64,000 nucleotides of DNA, from NCBI GenBank assembly GCA_029567505.1, contig JAKPXO010000228.1:3376-67375 (forward strand). The letters run 5' to 3'. The translations under genes and the position numbers were made by a program. The notes below the pieces were generated by a model. The model had not been told where the DNA came from. It searched no databases and saw nothing but the letters and a program-made list of their open reading frames with translations. Source of the DNA: Acidobacteriota bacterium. GTDB taxonomy: Bacteria; Acidobacteriota; Thermoanaerobaculia; UBA5066. This document shows, piece after piece, positions 17,804 to 27,360 of this stretch (position 1 is the first letter of the stretch; the number at the start of each line of letters is the position of its first letter).

Positions 17804-19405
17804 GTGAATTCAATCATTTACGTCGCCATCGCCGCGATCCTCTTCGTGGCGGCCGGCGTCTTCTTCGTCCTCGCGACGAAGGCGAAGGGAAGGGCCGAGG
17901 ACGCCCGGGCCCTCGCCGACCTCGAGGCGAAGAAGGTCCTCGAGACGGCCAAGCTCCAGGCCGAGGCCGAGGTCCGCAAGGCCCAGGCTTCCGCCCAGAA
18001 AGCCGAGCTCGACGCCAAGGAGCAGCTCCTCAAGGCCCGCGAGGCGGTGGACGAGGAGGTCGCCCGCCGCCGCAACGAGCTCGCCGACCTGGAGAAGCGC
18101 CTCCTCTCGAAGGAGGAGTCGCTCGAGCGAAAGATCGGCAGCGCCGAGAAGCGGGAGCAGGACGCCGAGAACCGCGCGAAGAACCTCGACAAGAGGGAGA
18201 AGCGGCTCGGAGAGATCGAGGAGGAGGCCCAGAAGGCGGCCGAGGAGCTCGTCGCCGCCCAGCGGACGAAGCTCGAGCAGATCGCCGGCCTCACCGCGGA
18301 GCAGGCGAAGAAGGATCTCGTCCGCGACCTCGAGAATGAGGCCCGCCTCGAGGCGACCGGCCTGATCCGGCGCATCGAGGAGGACGCGGTCGACAACGCG
18401 CAGATGAAGGCCAAGCGCCTCCTGGCGATGACGACGCAGCGGATGGCCTCGGACTACGTCGCGGAGACGACGGTCACGGTCCTAGACCTGCCGAGCGACG
18501 AGATGAAGGGGCGGATCATCGGCCGCGAGGGTCGGAACATCCGCGCCGTCGAGGCCGCGACAGGCGTCGACATCATCATCGACGACACGCCGGAGGCGGT
18601 CCTCCTCTCCTCGTTCGACCCGATCCGGCGCGAGGTCGCCCGCAGAGCCCTCGAGCGGCTCATCCAGGACGGCCGGATCCATCCCGGCCGGATCGAGGAG
18701 GTCGTCGAGAAGGTCCGGGGCGAGCTCTGGGAGGACCTCAAGAGGACGGGCGAGGCGGCGGCCTACGAGTTCGGCATCGCCGACCTGCACCCGGAGCTCG
18801 TCAAGCTCCTCGGGCGCCTGAAGTACCGGACGAGCTACGGGCAGAGCGTCCTGCAGCACTCCAAGGAGGTCGCCTGGGCCGCCTGCCACATGGCGAGCGA
18901 GCTGAAGGTCGACGTCGCCGTCGCCAAGCGCGCCGGGATCCTCCACGACATCGGCAAGGCGATCGACCGCGAGCAGGAGGGGACGCACCTCGAGCTCGGC
19001 CGGCAGCTCCTGAAGAAGTACGGCGAGAGCGAAGCGGTCATCCACGGCATGGAGTGCCACCACGGCGACTACGAGCCGCGGACGATCGAGGCGGTCCTCG
19101 TGAACGCGGCGGACGCGATCTCGGCGGCCCGCCCCGGCGCCCGGCGCGAGATCATCGAGACCTACGTCAAGCGGCTCGAGAAGCTCGAGCAGATGACGCA
19201 GGGGATGAAGGGGGTCGAGAAGACCTTCGCCATCCAGGCCGGGCGCGAGCTGCGCGTCGTCGTCGACGCCAAGCAGGTGAACGACTCGGAGTGCTTCTGG
19301 ATGTCCAAGGACCTGGCCAAGCGGATCCAGTCGGAGCTCCAGTACCCGGGCCAGATCAAGATCACCGTCATCCGGGAGACCCGCGCGGTCGAGTACGCCA
19401 AGTAG
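17804..19405 (+). CDS. rny: Ribonuclease Y
   Basis: 533 aa. N-terminal TM helix, long coiled-coil, KH domain, HD domain (HS..VA.....A...G, H.G...H). GTG start with AGGGGG upstream. Confidence 0.9.
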   Translation: MNSIIYVAIAAILFVAAGVFFVLATKAKGRAEDARALADLEAKKVLETAKLQAEAEVRKAQASAQKAELDAKEQLLKAREAVDEEVARRRNELADLEKRLLSKEESLERKIGSAEKREQDAENRAKNLDKREKRLGEIEEEAQKAAEELVAAQRTKLEQIAGLTAEQAKKDLVRDLENEARLEATGLIRRIEEDAVDNAQMKAKRLLAMTTQRMASDYVAETTVTVLDLPSDEMKGRIIGREGRNIRAVEAATGVDIIIDDTPEAVLLSSFDPIRREVARRALERLIQDGRIHPGRIEEVVEKVRGELWEDLKRTGEAAAYEFGIADLHPELVKLLGRLKYRTSYGQSVLQHSKEVAWAACHMASELKVDVAVAKRAGILHDIGKAIDREQEGTHLELGRQLLKKYGESEAVIHGMECHHGDYEPRTIEAVLVNAADAISAARPGARREIIETYVKRLEKLEQMTQGMKGVEKTFAIQAGRELRVVVDAKQVNDSECFWMSKDLAKRIQSELQYPGQIKITVIRETRAVEYAK

Positions 19406-19431
19406 AAGCCCGGACAGCCGAACGGAAGCCC

Positions 19432-19458
19432 GCCGCCCCGGGGACTCCCCGGGGCGGC
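19432..19458 (+). terminator. Perfect 12-bp GC hairpin between rny and ymdB (partial terminator or processing hairpin)
   Basis: gccgccccgggg-act-ccccggggcggc followed by ttcgt. Weak U-tract, so read-through into ymdB is likely. Confidence 0.35.
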
Positions 19459-19486
19459 TTCGTCAGAGCCTGGGGAGGAACGGATC

Positions 19487-20272
19487 GTGAAGCTCCTTTT
19501 CGTCGGAGACGTCGTCGGGAAGCCGGGGCGCAAGGCGCTCGGCCTCCTCGAGAAGGTCATCGCCCGCGAGGCGGTCGACTTCACCGTCGTGAACGTCGAG
19601 AACGCCGCGGGCGGCTTCGGCGTGACGGCGGAGATCTTCGCCGACCTCTCGAAGCTCCCCATCGACGTCTTCACGTCGGGGAACCACATCTGGGACAAGA
19701 AGGACTTCGTCCCGCTCCTCGACGAGATCCCGAACCTCCTTCGTCCCGCGAACTACCCGCCCGGGAACCCGGGACGAGGATGGGCGATCCAGCCGACGCC
19801 GGCAGGCATCCCGGTCGGCGTCCTGAACCTCCAGGGGCAGGTCTTCATGGCCGCGACCGACTCGCCGTTCCGCGTCGGCGACGCCTGCCTCGAGGAGATG
19901 AAGGCCGCCTGCCCGGAGCTGAAGGTCGTCGTCGTCGACATCCACGCCGAGGCGACCTCGGAGAAGCAGGCGACGGGGTGGTGGTTCGACGGGCGGGTCT
20001 CCCTCGTCATCGGGACCCACACGCACGTCCCGACGGCCGACGCGCGCGTCCTCCCGCAAGGGACGGCCTACCAGGGGGACGCCGGGATGACCGGGGCCTA
20101 CGAGGGGATCATCGGGTTCGACCCGAAGAACATCCTCGAGCGGTTCCGCTTCCAGACCCCCCGCGGAATGGAGACGGCCACGCGCGACGTGCGGCTCTGC
20201 GGCGCCGTCGTCGACGTGGACGAGGCGAACGGGAAGGCCCGGTCGATCACCCCGATCCAGGAGCGGCTCTGA
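19487..20272 (+). CDS. ymdB: YmdB-like TIGR00282 metallophosphoesterase
   Basis: MKLLFVGDVVGKPGR...GNH...GTHTHV metallophosphatase motifs. Conserved rny-ymdB pairing. Confidence 0.8.
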   Translation: MKLLFVGDVVGKPGRKALGLLEKVIAREAVDFTVVNVENAAGGFGVTAEIFADLSKLPIDVFTSGNHIWDKKDFVPLLDEIPNLLRPANYPPGNPGRGWAIQPTPAGIPVGVLNLQGQVFMAATDSPFRVGDACLEEMKAACPELKVVVVDIHAEATSEKQATGWWFDGRVSLVIGTHTHVPTADARVLPQGTAYQGDAGMTGAYEGIIGFDPKNILERFRFQTPRGMETATRDVRLCGAVVDVDEANGKARSITPIQERL

Positions 20273-20297
20273 GGCCGCCTGCTGCTAGCATTCGCGC

Positions 20298-20555
20298 ATG
20301 GCCGTCGATCCCGAGCTCCTCGCCATCCTCGCGTGCCCGGCCTGCGAGCCGCGCCCACCCGTGACGCTCTGTCGGCTCGAGGCCGGAGCCGCCGCCGGGG
20401 TCGTCGAGAAGTACCGTGACAAGTTCCGCGACGAGGAGCCGGTGGTGACCGACGGGCTCCACTGTGCCGCCTGCGGCCGGGTCTACCCGATCGTCTCGGA
20501 CATCCCGGTCATGCTCGTCGAGGAAGCCCTGCCCGCCGGGGCGCGCGCGTCCTGA
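20298..20555 (+). CDS. Trm112-family small zinc-ribbon protein
   Basis: 85 aa. LLAILACPACEPRP...LHCAACGRVYPIVSDIPVMLVEEA. Confidence 0.7.
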   Translation: MAVDPELLAILACPACEPRPPVTLCRLEAGAAAGVVEKYRDKFRDEEPVVTDGLHCAACGRVYPIVSDIPVMLVEEALPAGARAS

Positions 20556-20701
20556 ATCTCCTCCCGGGGCCGCTCGTTCGCCGGGCGCCGCTCGCGAGGT
20601 CGGCCTTCGCGGGCCTCGTCCTTTGCGCCGCGCTGACCCCTTCGAACGCGCTCGCGAACGGCGCGCTGGCGCTCGCCCTCCTCGGCGCCGCCGTCCTCGC
20701 G

Positions 20702-21763
20702 ATGGGCGCGCACGGGACGCGCCCCGCCGCGGACGGCCGACGCGGCTCGCCGCTCCTCGGGCCGGTCGCTCTCTTCGTCCTCCTGAGCGTCCTCTCGGCG
20801 CTCTTCTCGACGGACGTCCTTCGCTCGCTCGGCGAGCTGAAGGGGCTCCTCACGTTCTCGCTCGTCCTCCTCGTGGCGCTCCTCGTCGACGACGTCGAGG
20901 ACGCGCACCTCCTCGTCGACGCGCTCCGGCTGACGACGCTCTACCTCGTCCTGCGCGGTCTCGGCGACTGGTTCCTGCTGGGGCACGACAACGTCGACGA
21001 GCGGCTCTCGGGCGGCCTCTCGATCTACATGACGTACGCGGGCCTCCTGATGGTCCTCTCGCTCCTGCTGGCGGCGCGGGCGCTCACCCGGAGCCGGCCG
21101 GCCGCGAGCCGCGTCGCGGACGGCGTGCTCGCGACCGGGGCGGCGCTCCTCGTCGGGCTGACGTTCACCCGTAACGCCTACCTCGGCCTCGCGGCGGGCC
21201 TCGTCGTTCTCGTCCTGACCGCGCGGCCCCGGCTCGGCCTCGCGGTGCCCCCGCTCGTCGTGCTCCTCGTCCTCTTCCTCCCCTCGGGCGTGAAGCAGCG
21301 CGCGGCGTCGACGTTCGACCGGACCGACGCCGCGGCCCGGGACCGGCTCGCGATGTGGCGCGCCGGGGCGGTGATCGTCTCCGAGAGGCCGTTCTTCGGC
21401 GTCGGTCCGGGGCGAATCAAAGAGCTCTACCCGCTCTACCGGCAGCCGGGGTTCGTCGAGCCTTCGGTGGGGCACCTTCACGACAACGTCATCCACGTGG
21501 CGGCGGAGACCGGCGTGCCGTCGGCTCTCGCCTACCTGGCGCTCGTCGCGGCGGCGTTCTCGGCGTGGCCGCTCGCGCGCGACCGCTCCCGCCCGGCCGT
21601 CCGCGCGCTGGCGCGAGGGGCGCTGGCGGCGAACGCGGCCCTCCTCGTGGCCGGCGTCTTCGAATACAACTTCGGCGACGTGGAGGTCCTTCGGCTGATG
21701 CTCGTCGTCCTCGCCCTTCCCTTCGCGGCGGCGCGCGGGACGGAGCGCGCGTCGGACACCTAG
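20702..21763 (+). CDS. O-antigen ligase / Wzy_C-family polytopic membrane protein
   Basis: Ten or more predicted TM helices. The in-frame upstream sequence also encodes TM-like residues but has no ATG/GTG/TTG, so the true start is uncertain. Confidence 0.5.
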   Translation: MGAHGTRPAADGRRGSPLLGPVALFVLLSVLSALFSTDVLRSLGELKGLLTFSLVLLVALLVDDVEDAHLLVDALRLTTLYLVLRGLGDWFLLGHDNVDERLSGGLSIYMTYAGLLMVLSLLLAARALTRSRPAASRVADGVLATGAALLVGLTFTRNAYLGLAAGLVVLVLTARPRLGLAVPPLVVLLVLFLPSGVKQRAASTFDRTDAAARDRLAMWRAGAVIVSERPFFGVGPGRIKELYPLYRQPGFVEPSVGHLHDNVIHVAAETGVPSALAYLALVAAAFSAWPLARDRSRPAVRALARGALAANAALLVAGVFEYNFGDVEVLRLMLVVLALPFAAARGTERASDT

Positions 21764-21772
21764 AATCGGACG

Positions 21773-23197
21773 ATGTCGTTCCGCTATCGGGTGCCCCGGA
21801 GAGCGACGAGCCGTCCCGCGGAGCCGACCCTGCCGTTCGGCGACGGAACCCCGGAGGCGACGGCGATCCCGGTCTCGCTCTTCGTCGCGAAGCTCAACGG
21901 CGTCCTCCGCGCCTCGCTCCCCGACACCTGGGTGAAGGGGGAGATCGGGGAGTGGAGGGTCTGGTCGTCCGGCCACGCGTACTTCACGCTGAAGGACGCG
22001 AGCGCCGCGCTCGCGGCGGTGATGTGGGCGTCGGACGTCGCGCGGGTGCCGTTCCGCCCCGAGGAAGGGATGGAGGTCCTCGCGCGCGGGCGGCCGGACG
22101 TCTACCCGCGGAGCGGGAAGCTCTCGTTCGTCGTCTCCGAGATCCAGCCGGTCGGCGCCGGCGCGCTCCAGCTCGCCCTCGAGCAGCTCCGGGCGCGGCT
22201 CGCCGCCGAAGGGCTCTTCGACCCGGCGCGGAAGAAGAAGCTCCCGCTCCTCCCGCGACGGATCGGGGTCGTCACGTCGCGGCATGGGGCCGCGATGAGG
22301 GACGTGCTCAAGGTCCTCTCCGCGCGCTTCCCGAACGCCCACGTCACGGTCTGGCCGGTCGCGGTCCAGGGGCCGTCGGCGCCGGTCGAGATCGCGCGGG
22401 CCGTGGAGGGCTTCTCGCGCCTCGGCGCCGCCGACGTCGTGATCGTGGCCCGCGGCGGAGGGTCGCGGGACGACCTCTCGGCATTCAACGACGAGAAGGT
22501 CGTCCGGGCCGTGGCCGCCTGCCGCGTCCCGACGATCTCGGCGGTCGGGCACGAGATCGACGTCACGCTGACGGACCTCGCGGCCGACCTGCGGGCCGCG
22601 ACCCCCTCCCAGGCGGCCGAGCTCGTCGTCGCCCGGCGGGAAGACTTCGAGTCCCGGATCGGGGGACTCACGCGCGAGCTCTCCCGGACTCTGAAGGGAC
22701 GGCTCCTCGCCGCGCACGCCGACGCGGCGCGGCTCGTCCACGCTCCGGCCCTGGCCGGCTTCCCGGCGCGGGCTGAATCCGCGCGGAGTCGGCTCTCCTC
22801 GGCCGCGCGGGAGCTCCTCTCGGCCGTACGAAGGCTGCCCGCGGCCTACGGCGAGCGGCTCCTCCGCTCCGAGTCGGCCATCGCGTCTTGGCCGGAGCGC
22901 GCGGCGCTCCCGCTCGGCCTCGCGCGCGTCGCGGCGGCCGAACGTGCCGCGGCGGACCGGCTCGAGCGGAGCCTCGGCGGCGCTCGAGAGCGGCTCGGCG
23001 CCCTGGCCGGCGCCCTGTCGGCGCTCGACCCGCTCCGGGTCCTCGCCCGGGGCTACTCCGTGACCTACCGCGAGGGGACGAAGGCGCCCCTCGTCGACGC
23101 GGAGGGGGTGGCCCCGGGCGACCCCCTCCGGATCGTCCTCGCGCGCGGAGTCCTCCGCGCGCGGGTGACCGACATCCCCAGGGACGGTGACCGATGA
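21773..23197 (+). CDS. xseA: Exodeoxyribonuclease VII large subunit
   Basis: OB-fold N-terminus plus catalytic domain (GVVTSRHGAAMRDVL..., ARGGGS.DDL..FNDE). Confidence 0.9.
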   Translation: MSFRYRVPRRATSRPAEPTLPFGDGTPEATAIPVSLFVAKLNGVLRASLPDTWVKGEIGEWRVWSSGHAYFTLKDASAALAAVMWASDVARVPFRPEEGMEVLARGRPDVYPRSGKLSFVVSEIQPVGAGALQLALEQLRARLAAEGLFDPARKKKLPLLPRRIGVVTSRHGAAMRDVLKVLSARFPNAHVTVWPVAVQGPSAPVEIARAVEGFSRLGAADVVIVARGGGSRDDLSAFNDEKVVRAVAACRVPTISAVGHEIDVTLTDLAADLRAATPSQAAELVVARREDFESRIGGLTRELSRTLKGRLLAAHADAARLVHAPALAGFPARAESARSRLSSAARELLSAVRRLPAAYGERLLRSESAIASWPERAALPLGLARVAAAERAAADRLERSLGGARERLGALAGALSALDPLRVLARGYSVTYREGTKAPLVDAEGVAPGDPLRIVLARGVLRARVTDIPRDGDR

Positions 23198-23481
23198 CGT
23201 CGAAGACGAAGCTGCCGAAGGGGCTGACGTTCGAGAAGGCGCTCGAGCGCCTGGAGAAGATCGTAGCGGAGCTGGAGGAGCCGGAGCGGGGCCTCGAGGC
23301 CTCGCTGGAGCTCTTCGAGGAGGGGGTCGCCCTCTCCCGCTTCTGTCGCGGGAAGCTCGAGGAGATCCAGAAGCGGGTCGACGTCGTCCTGAAGGAGACG
23401 CCGGACGGGCTCGTCACGGAGCCGCTCGACGCCGACGAGGAGCCGGGCGGGGGCGACGACGGCGACGAGGAGGAGGCGTGA
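23194..23481 (+). CDS. xseB: Exodeoxyribonuclease VII small subunit
   Basis: 95 aa. FE.ALERLE.IV..LE......LE.SL.L...G. ATGA overlap with xseA. Confidence 0.85.
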   Translation: MTSKTKLPKGLTFEKALERLEKIVAELEEPERGLEASLELFEEGVALSRFCRGKLEEIQKRVDVVLKETPDGLVTEPLDADEEPGGGDDGDEEEA

Positions 23482-24377
23482 GCCTCGAGGCGTTTCTCAC
23501 GTCGGCGAAGGCGGAAGCGGAGGCGGCCCTCGAGCGTGTCCTCCCTGCGCCGGGCGACCCGCTCGCCGACGCGATGCGCTACTCGACCCTCGCCGGGGGC
23601 AAGCGCCTCCGCCCGGCGCTCGCGCTGGCGTTCCACGACGTCCTCGGCCCGAGCGGGGCGCCCCGCGAGGAGGTCGCCGAGTCGGCCGCGGCGCTGGAGC
23701 TCGTCCATACCTACTCGCTCGTCCACGACGACCTCCCGTGCATGGACGACGACGCGCTCCGGCGCGGAAAACCGACCTGCCACGTCGTCCACGGCGAGGC
23801 GACGGCCCTCCTCGCGGGCGACGCGCTCCAGTCCCTCGGCTTCGAGGTCCTCGCGTCGCGCCCGCGCGGGGAGGCGTTCGCGCCGCGACGGGCCGAGGCG
23901 GTCCTCCTCCTGGCCCGGGCGATCGGGGCCGGCGGGATGGCCGGCGGCCAGGCGCTCGACCTCGCCGCGTCGGGACACGCCCACGGGGAGCTCCGGACCG
24001 CGGGGCGCCTGAAGGAGATCCACGAGAAGAAGACCGGGAGGCTCCTCTCGGCCGCGTGCGAGCTCGGGGCGGTCCTCGCGGGCGCTCCGGCGGAGAGCCG
24101 GCGCGCCGCCGCGGAGTACGGCGACGCGCTCGGCGTCCTCTTCCAGATCGCCGACGACCTCCTCGACGTCACCGCGAGCGCCGCGGTCCTCGGCAAGAGC
24201 GTCGGGAAGGACGAGGCCCAGGAGAAGCTGACCTACGTCTCCGTCTACGGCCTCGAAGGGGCCGTTGCCGAGCGGGAGCGTGCGCTCGCCGTGACGCTCG
24301 AGCGGGCACGGGCGCTTGAGGGGGAGCCGGGGCTCCTCGCCGCGCTCGCCGGCTACGCGGCCCACCGGGACCGGTGA
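23478..24377 (+). CDS. ispA: Farnesyl-diphosphate synthase (IspA-type trans-prenyltransferase)
   Basis: GTG start overlapping the xseB stop (GTGA), with GAGGAGGAGG upstream. FARM HDDLPCMDDDALRRG and SARM FQIADDLLD. Confidence 0.85.
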   Translation: MSLEAFLTSAKAEAEAALERVLPAPGDPLADAMRYSTLAGGKRLRPALALAFHDVLGPSGAPREEVAESAAALELVHTYSLVHDDLPCMDDDALRRGKPTCHVVHGEATALLAGDALQSLGFEVLASRPRGEAFAPRRAEAVLLLARAIGAGGMAGGQALDLAASGHAHGELRTAGRLKEIHEKKTGRLLSAACELGAVLAGAPAESRRAAAEYGDALGVLFQIADDLLDVTASAAVLGKSVGKDEAQEKLTYVSVYGLEGAVAERERALAVTLERARALEGEPGLLAALAGYAAHRDR

Positions 24378-24399
24378 TCCGGATATCATCGATAGTTCT

Positions 24400-26319
24400 A
24401 TGACCCAGCGTCCGACCCCGCTCCTGGACCGGGTGAACTGGCCCCGGGACCTCAAGCCCCTCACGCTCGAGCAGCTCGCGACCCTCTCGGACGAGCTCCG
24501 CACGTTCCTGATCGACTCGGTGTCGAAGACGGGCGGGCACTTCGCGTCCGGGCTCGGGACCGTCGAGCTGACCGTCGCGCTCCATTACGTCTTCGACACG
24601 CCGCGGGACCTCCTCGTCTGGGACGTGAGCCACCAGTGCTACCCGCACAAGGTCCTGACGGGGCGGCGCGACCGCCTCCACACGATCCGGCAGAAGGGGG
24701 GGCTCTCGGGCTTCACCAGCCGGGCCGAGTCGGAGTACGACGTCTTCGGCGCGGCGCACGCCTCGACCTCCATATCGGCCGCGCTCGGCATGGCGGCCGC
24801 GCGGGACGCGAAGGGGGACGACTACAGCGTCGTCGCGGTCATCGGCGACGGCGGCCTGACGGGCGGCGTCGCGATGGAGGGGCTGAACCAGGGGGGCTAC
24901 CTCAAGCGCCGGCTCATCGTCATCCTGAACGACAACGAGATGTCGATCGCCCCGAACGTCGGGGCGATGTCGGGCTACCTCCTCCGGATCGCGCGCGGGC
25001 AGATCTACAAGCGCGTCCGGGAGGAGGTCGGGGGGATCCTCAAGAAGCTCCCGAAGGGAGAGCGGCTCGCCGAGATGGCCGAGCACCTGGAGGACGGCCT
25101 GAAGAAGGCGCTCGTCCCCGGCACGCTCTTCGAGGAGCTCGGCTTCAAGTACGTCGGGCCGATCGACGGCCACAACCTCCCGGTCCTCGTGCGGACTCTC
25201 CGCGAGGCGAAGGAGTACGACGGGCCGATCCTCCTCCACGTCCGGACGACGAAGGGAAAGGGATACGCGCTCGCCGAGAAGGACCCGGTCTTCTGGCACG
25301 GGCCGTCGCCGTTCAAGGTCGAGACGGGCGAGGTCGCGAAGAAGGCCGCGCCTCCGAGCTACACGCAGGTCTTCGCCGACACGCTCGCCGACCTCGCCCG
25401 GAAGGACGAGCGGGTCGTCGCGATCACCGCGGCGATGCCCGACGGCACCGGCCTCGACCGTTTCGCGAAGGCGTTCCCGGCGCGGACGTTCGACGTCGGG
25501 ATCTGCGAGCAGCACGCCGTCCTCTTCGCGGCCGGCATGGCCACGCAGGGGATGAAGCCGGTCTGCGCCATCTACTCGACGTTCCTCCAGCGCGCCTACG
25601 ACCAGGTCTTCCACGACGTCTGCCTCATGGACCTCCCCGTCGTCTTCGCGCTCGACCGGGGCGGGGTCGTCGGGGCGGATGGGCCGACGCACCACGGCGC
25701 CTACGACCTCTCCTACCTCCGCGTCTTCCCGAACATGCACGTCGCCGCGCCGAAGGACGAGAGCGAGCTCCGGAACCTCGTCGCCACGGCCCTCGACCTC
25801 GGCCGCCCCGTGGCGATCCGCTACCCGCGCGGCGCCGGGCACGGCGTGGCGCTCGACGCCGAGCCGAAGCTCCTGCCGGTCGGCAAGGGCGAGGTCCTCC
25901 GCGTCGGCAAGGACGGCGTCGTCCTGGCGGTCGGGGACCCGGTCCTGCCGGCGCTCGGCGCGGCCGAACGGCTCGCGGCGGAGGGGGGCGCGTCGCTCTC
26001 CGTCCTCAACGCGCGGTGGGTCAAGCCGCTCGACACCGAGCTCCTCGCGCAGTTCGTGAAGCCCGGGACGACCGTCTTCACCGTCGAGGAGAACGCCGTC
26101 GCCGGAGGGTTCGGATCGGCGGTCTCCGAGGCGCTCGACGCTCTCGGTATCGCGGCTCGCGTCCACCGGCTCGGGATCCCCGACCGCTTCGTCCCGCACG
26201 CCACGCAGGCCGAGCAGAGGGCTGAGCTCGGCATCGACGAGGAGGGGCTCCTCCGGGCGTTCCGGACGGGGACCGCCGGGGCCGGCGTCGTCCCGCTCCG
26301 GGCGCGGGTCGCGGGCTGA
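24400..26319 (+). CDS. dxs: 1-deoxy-D-xylulose-5-phosphate synthase
   Basis: Start at ATG 24400 (MTQRPTPLLDRVNWP...). TPP-binding GDG...N, transketolase-like domains. Confidence 0.9.
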   Translation: MTQRPTPLLDRVNWPRDLKPLTLEQLATLSDELRTFLIDSVSKTGGHFASGLGTVELTVALHYVFDTPRDLLVWDVSHQCYPHKVLTGRRDRLHTIRQKGGLSGFTSRAESEYDVFGAAHASTSISAALGMAAARDAKGDDYSVVAVIGDGGLTGGVAMEGLNQGGYLKRRLIVILNDNEMSIAPNVGAMSGYLLRIARGQIYKRVREEVGGILKKLPKGERLAEMAEHLEDGLKKALVPGTLFEELGFKYVGPIDGHNLPVLVRTLREAKEYDGPILLHVRTTKGKGYALAEKDPVFWHGPSPFKVETGEVAKKAAPPSYTQVFADTLADLARKDERVVAITAAMPDGTGLDRFAKAFPARTFDVGICEQHAVLFAAGMATQGMKPVCAIYSTFLQRAYDQVFHDVCLMDLPVVFALDRGGVVGADGPTHHGAYDLSYLRVFPNMHVAAPKDESELRNLVATALDLGRPVAIRYPRGAGHGVALDAEPKLLPVGKGEVLRVGKDGVVLAVGDPVLPALGAAERLAAEGGASLSVLNARWVKPLDTELLAQFVKPGTTVFTVEENAVAGGFGSAVSEALDALGIAARVHRLGIPDRFVPHATQAEQRAELGIDEEGLLRAFRTGTAGAGVVPLRARVAG

Positions 26320-26332
26320 CGCCGCGAGAGAG

Positions 26333-27349
26333 ATGCGCGCGCTCGTCTGCGAGCGGCCCGGACACGTCGCCCTCCGGGAGCTTCCCGAGCCCGTTCCGGG
26401 CCCGGGGGAGGTCGTCGTCCGGGTCGAGTCGGCGCTGACCTGCGGGACGGATCTCAAGCTCATCCGGCGGGGGCACCCGAAGGTGCCGTTCCCGACGGTC
26501 CTCGGGCACGAGTACTGCGGACGGGTCGCCCGCGTCGGAGAGGGGGCGCCGTTCGCGGTCGGCGAGCGCGTCGTCTCCGGCGTCAGCGGCCCCTGCGGGG
26601 CGTGCCACGATTGCCGCGGGGGTCGACCGAACCACTGCCCGACCGCCTTCGACCACGCCGTCTGGGGGACCTGGGCCGAGGAGACGCGGATCCCCGCGCG
26701 CGTCGTCGCGTCGACGCTCTGCCGCGTCCCCGACGCGCTGTCGTCCGACGCCGCGGCGCTCCTCGACCCGCTCGCGTCGGTCCTGCGTGGCCTCAGCCGA
26801 CTGCCCGACCCGTCGGGGCGGACGGTCCTCGTCCTCGGGTCCGGGCCGATCGCCCTGCTGTTCACGGCGCTCCTCCTGCGTCGCGGGGCGGGCCGCGTCG
26901 TCGTCGCGGGACGGAACGCCGCCCGCCTCGCGGCGCACGCCTCGCTCGGAGCCGAGACGATCTCCGCGCGGGAGAGCCTGGGTCCGCAGGTCCTCGTCCG
27001 GAGCGGCGCACGCGGCGCCGAGATCGTCGTGGAGACGACGGGGGCGCTCGAGGTGGCCGAGGAGGCGCCGAGCCTCGCGGCGCGCGGCGGGATGGTCCTC
27101 CTCTTCGCGGGCCTGGCCCGCGAGGCGCGCCTCGCGGTCCTCGCGCACCGTGTCCACTACGACGAGGTTACGCTCGCCGGCTCGTTCCACTACACGCCGG
27201 AAGACACGAGGACGGCTCTCGACCTCCTCTCGCGGGGGGAGCTTCCCGTCGGCCTCCTGGTCACGTCGGAGAGCTCCCTGGAGAAGCACCCGTTCGTCCT
27301 GGAGAGGCTTTCGCGTGGCGAGGAGATGAAGGTGGCGTTCCGGCCGTGA
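26333..27349 (+). CDS. Zinc-dependent medium-chain dehydrogenase/reductase (threonine/sorbitol-dehydrogenase-like)
   Basis: GHEYCG, C..C..C zinc ligands, GSGPIAL Rossmann motif. Confidence 0.8.
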   Translation: MRALVCERPGHVALRELPEPVPGPGEVVVRVESALTCGTDLKLIRRGHPKVPFPTVLGHEYCGRVARVGEGAPFAVGERVVSGVSGPCGACHDCRGGRPNHCPTAFDHAVWGTWAEETRIPARVVASTLCRVPDALSSDAAALLDPLASVLRGLSRLPDPSGRTVLVLGSGPIALLFTALLLRRGAGRVVVAGRNAARLAAHASLGAETISARESLGPQVLVRSGARGAEIVVETTGALEVAEEAPSLAARGGMVLLFAGLAREARLAVLAHRVHYDEVTLAGSFHYTPEDTRTALDLLSRGELPVGLLVTSESSLEKHPFVLERLSRGEEMKVAFRP

Positions 27350-27360
27350 TCCCGCGCACG

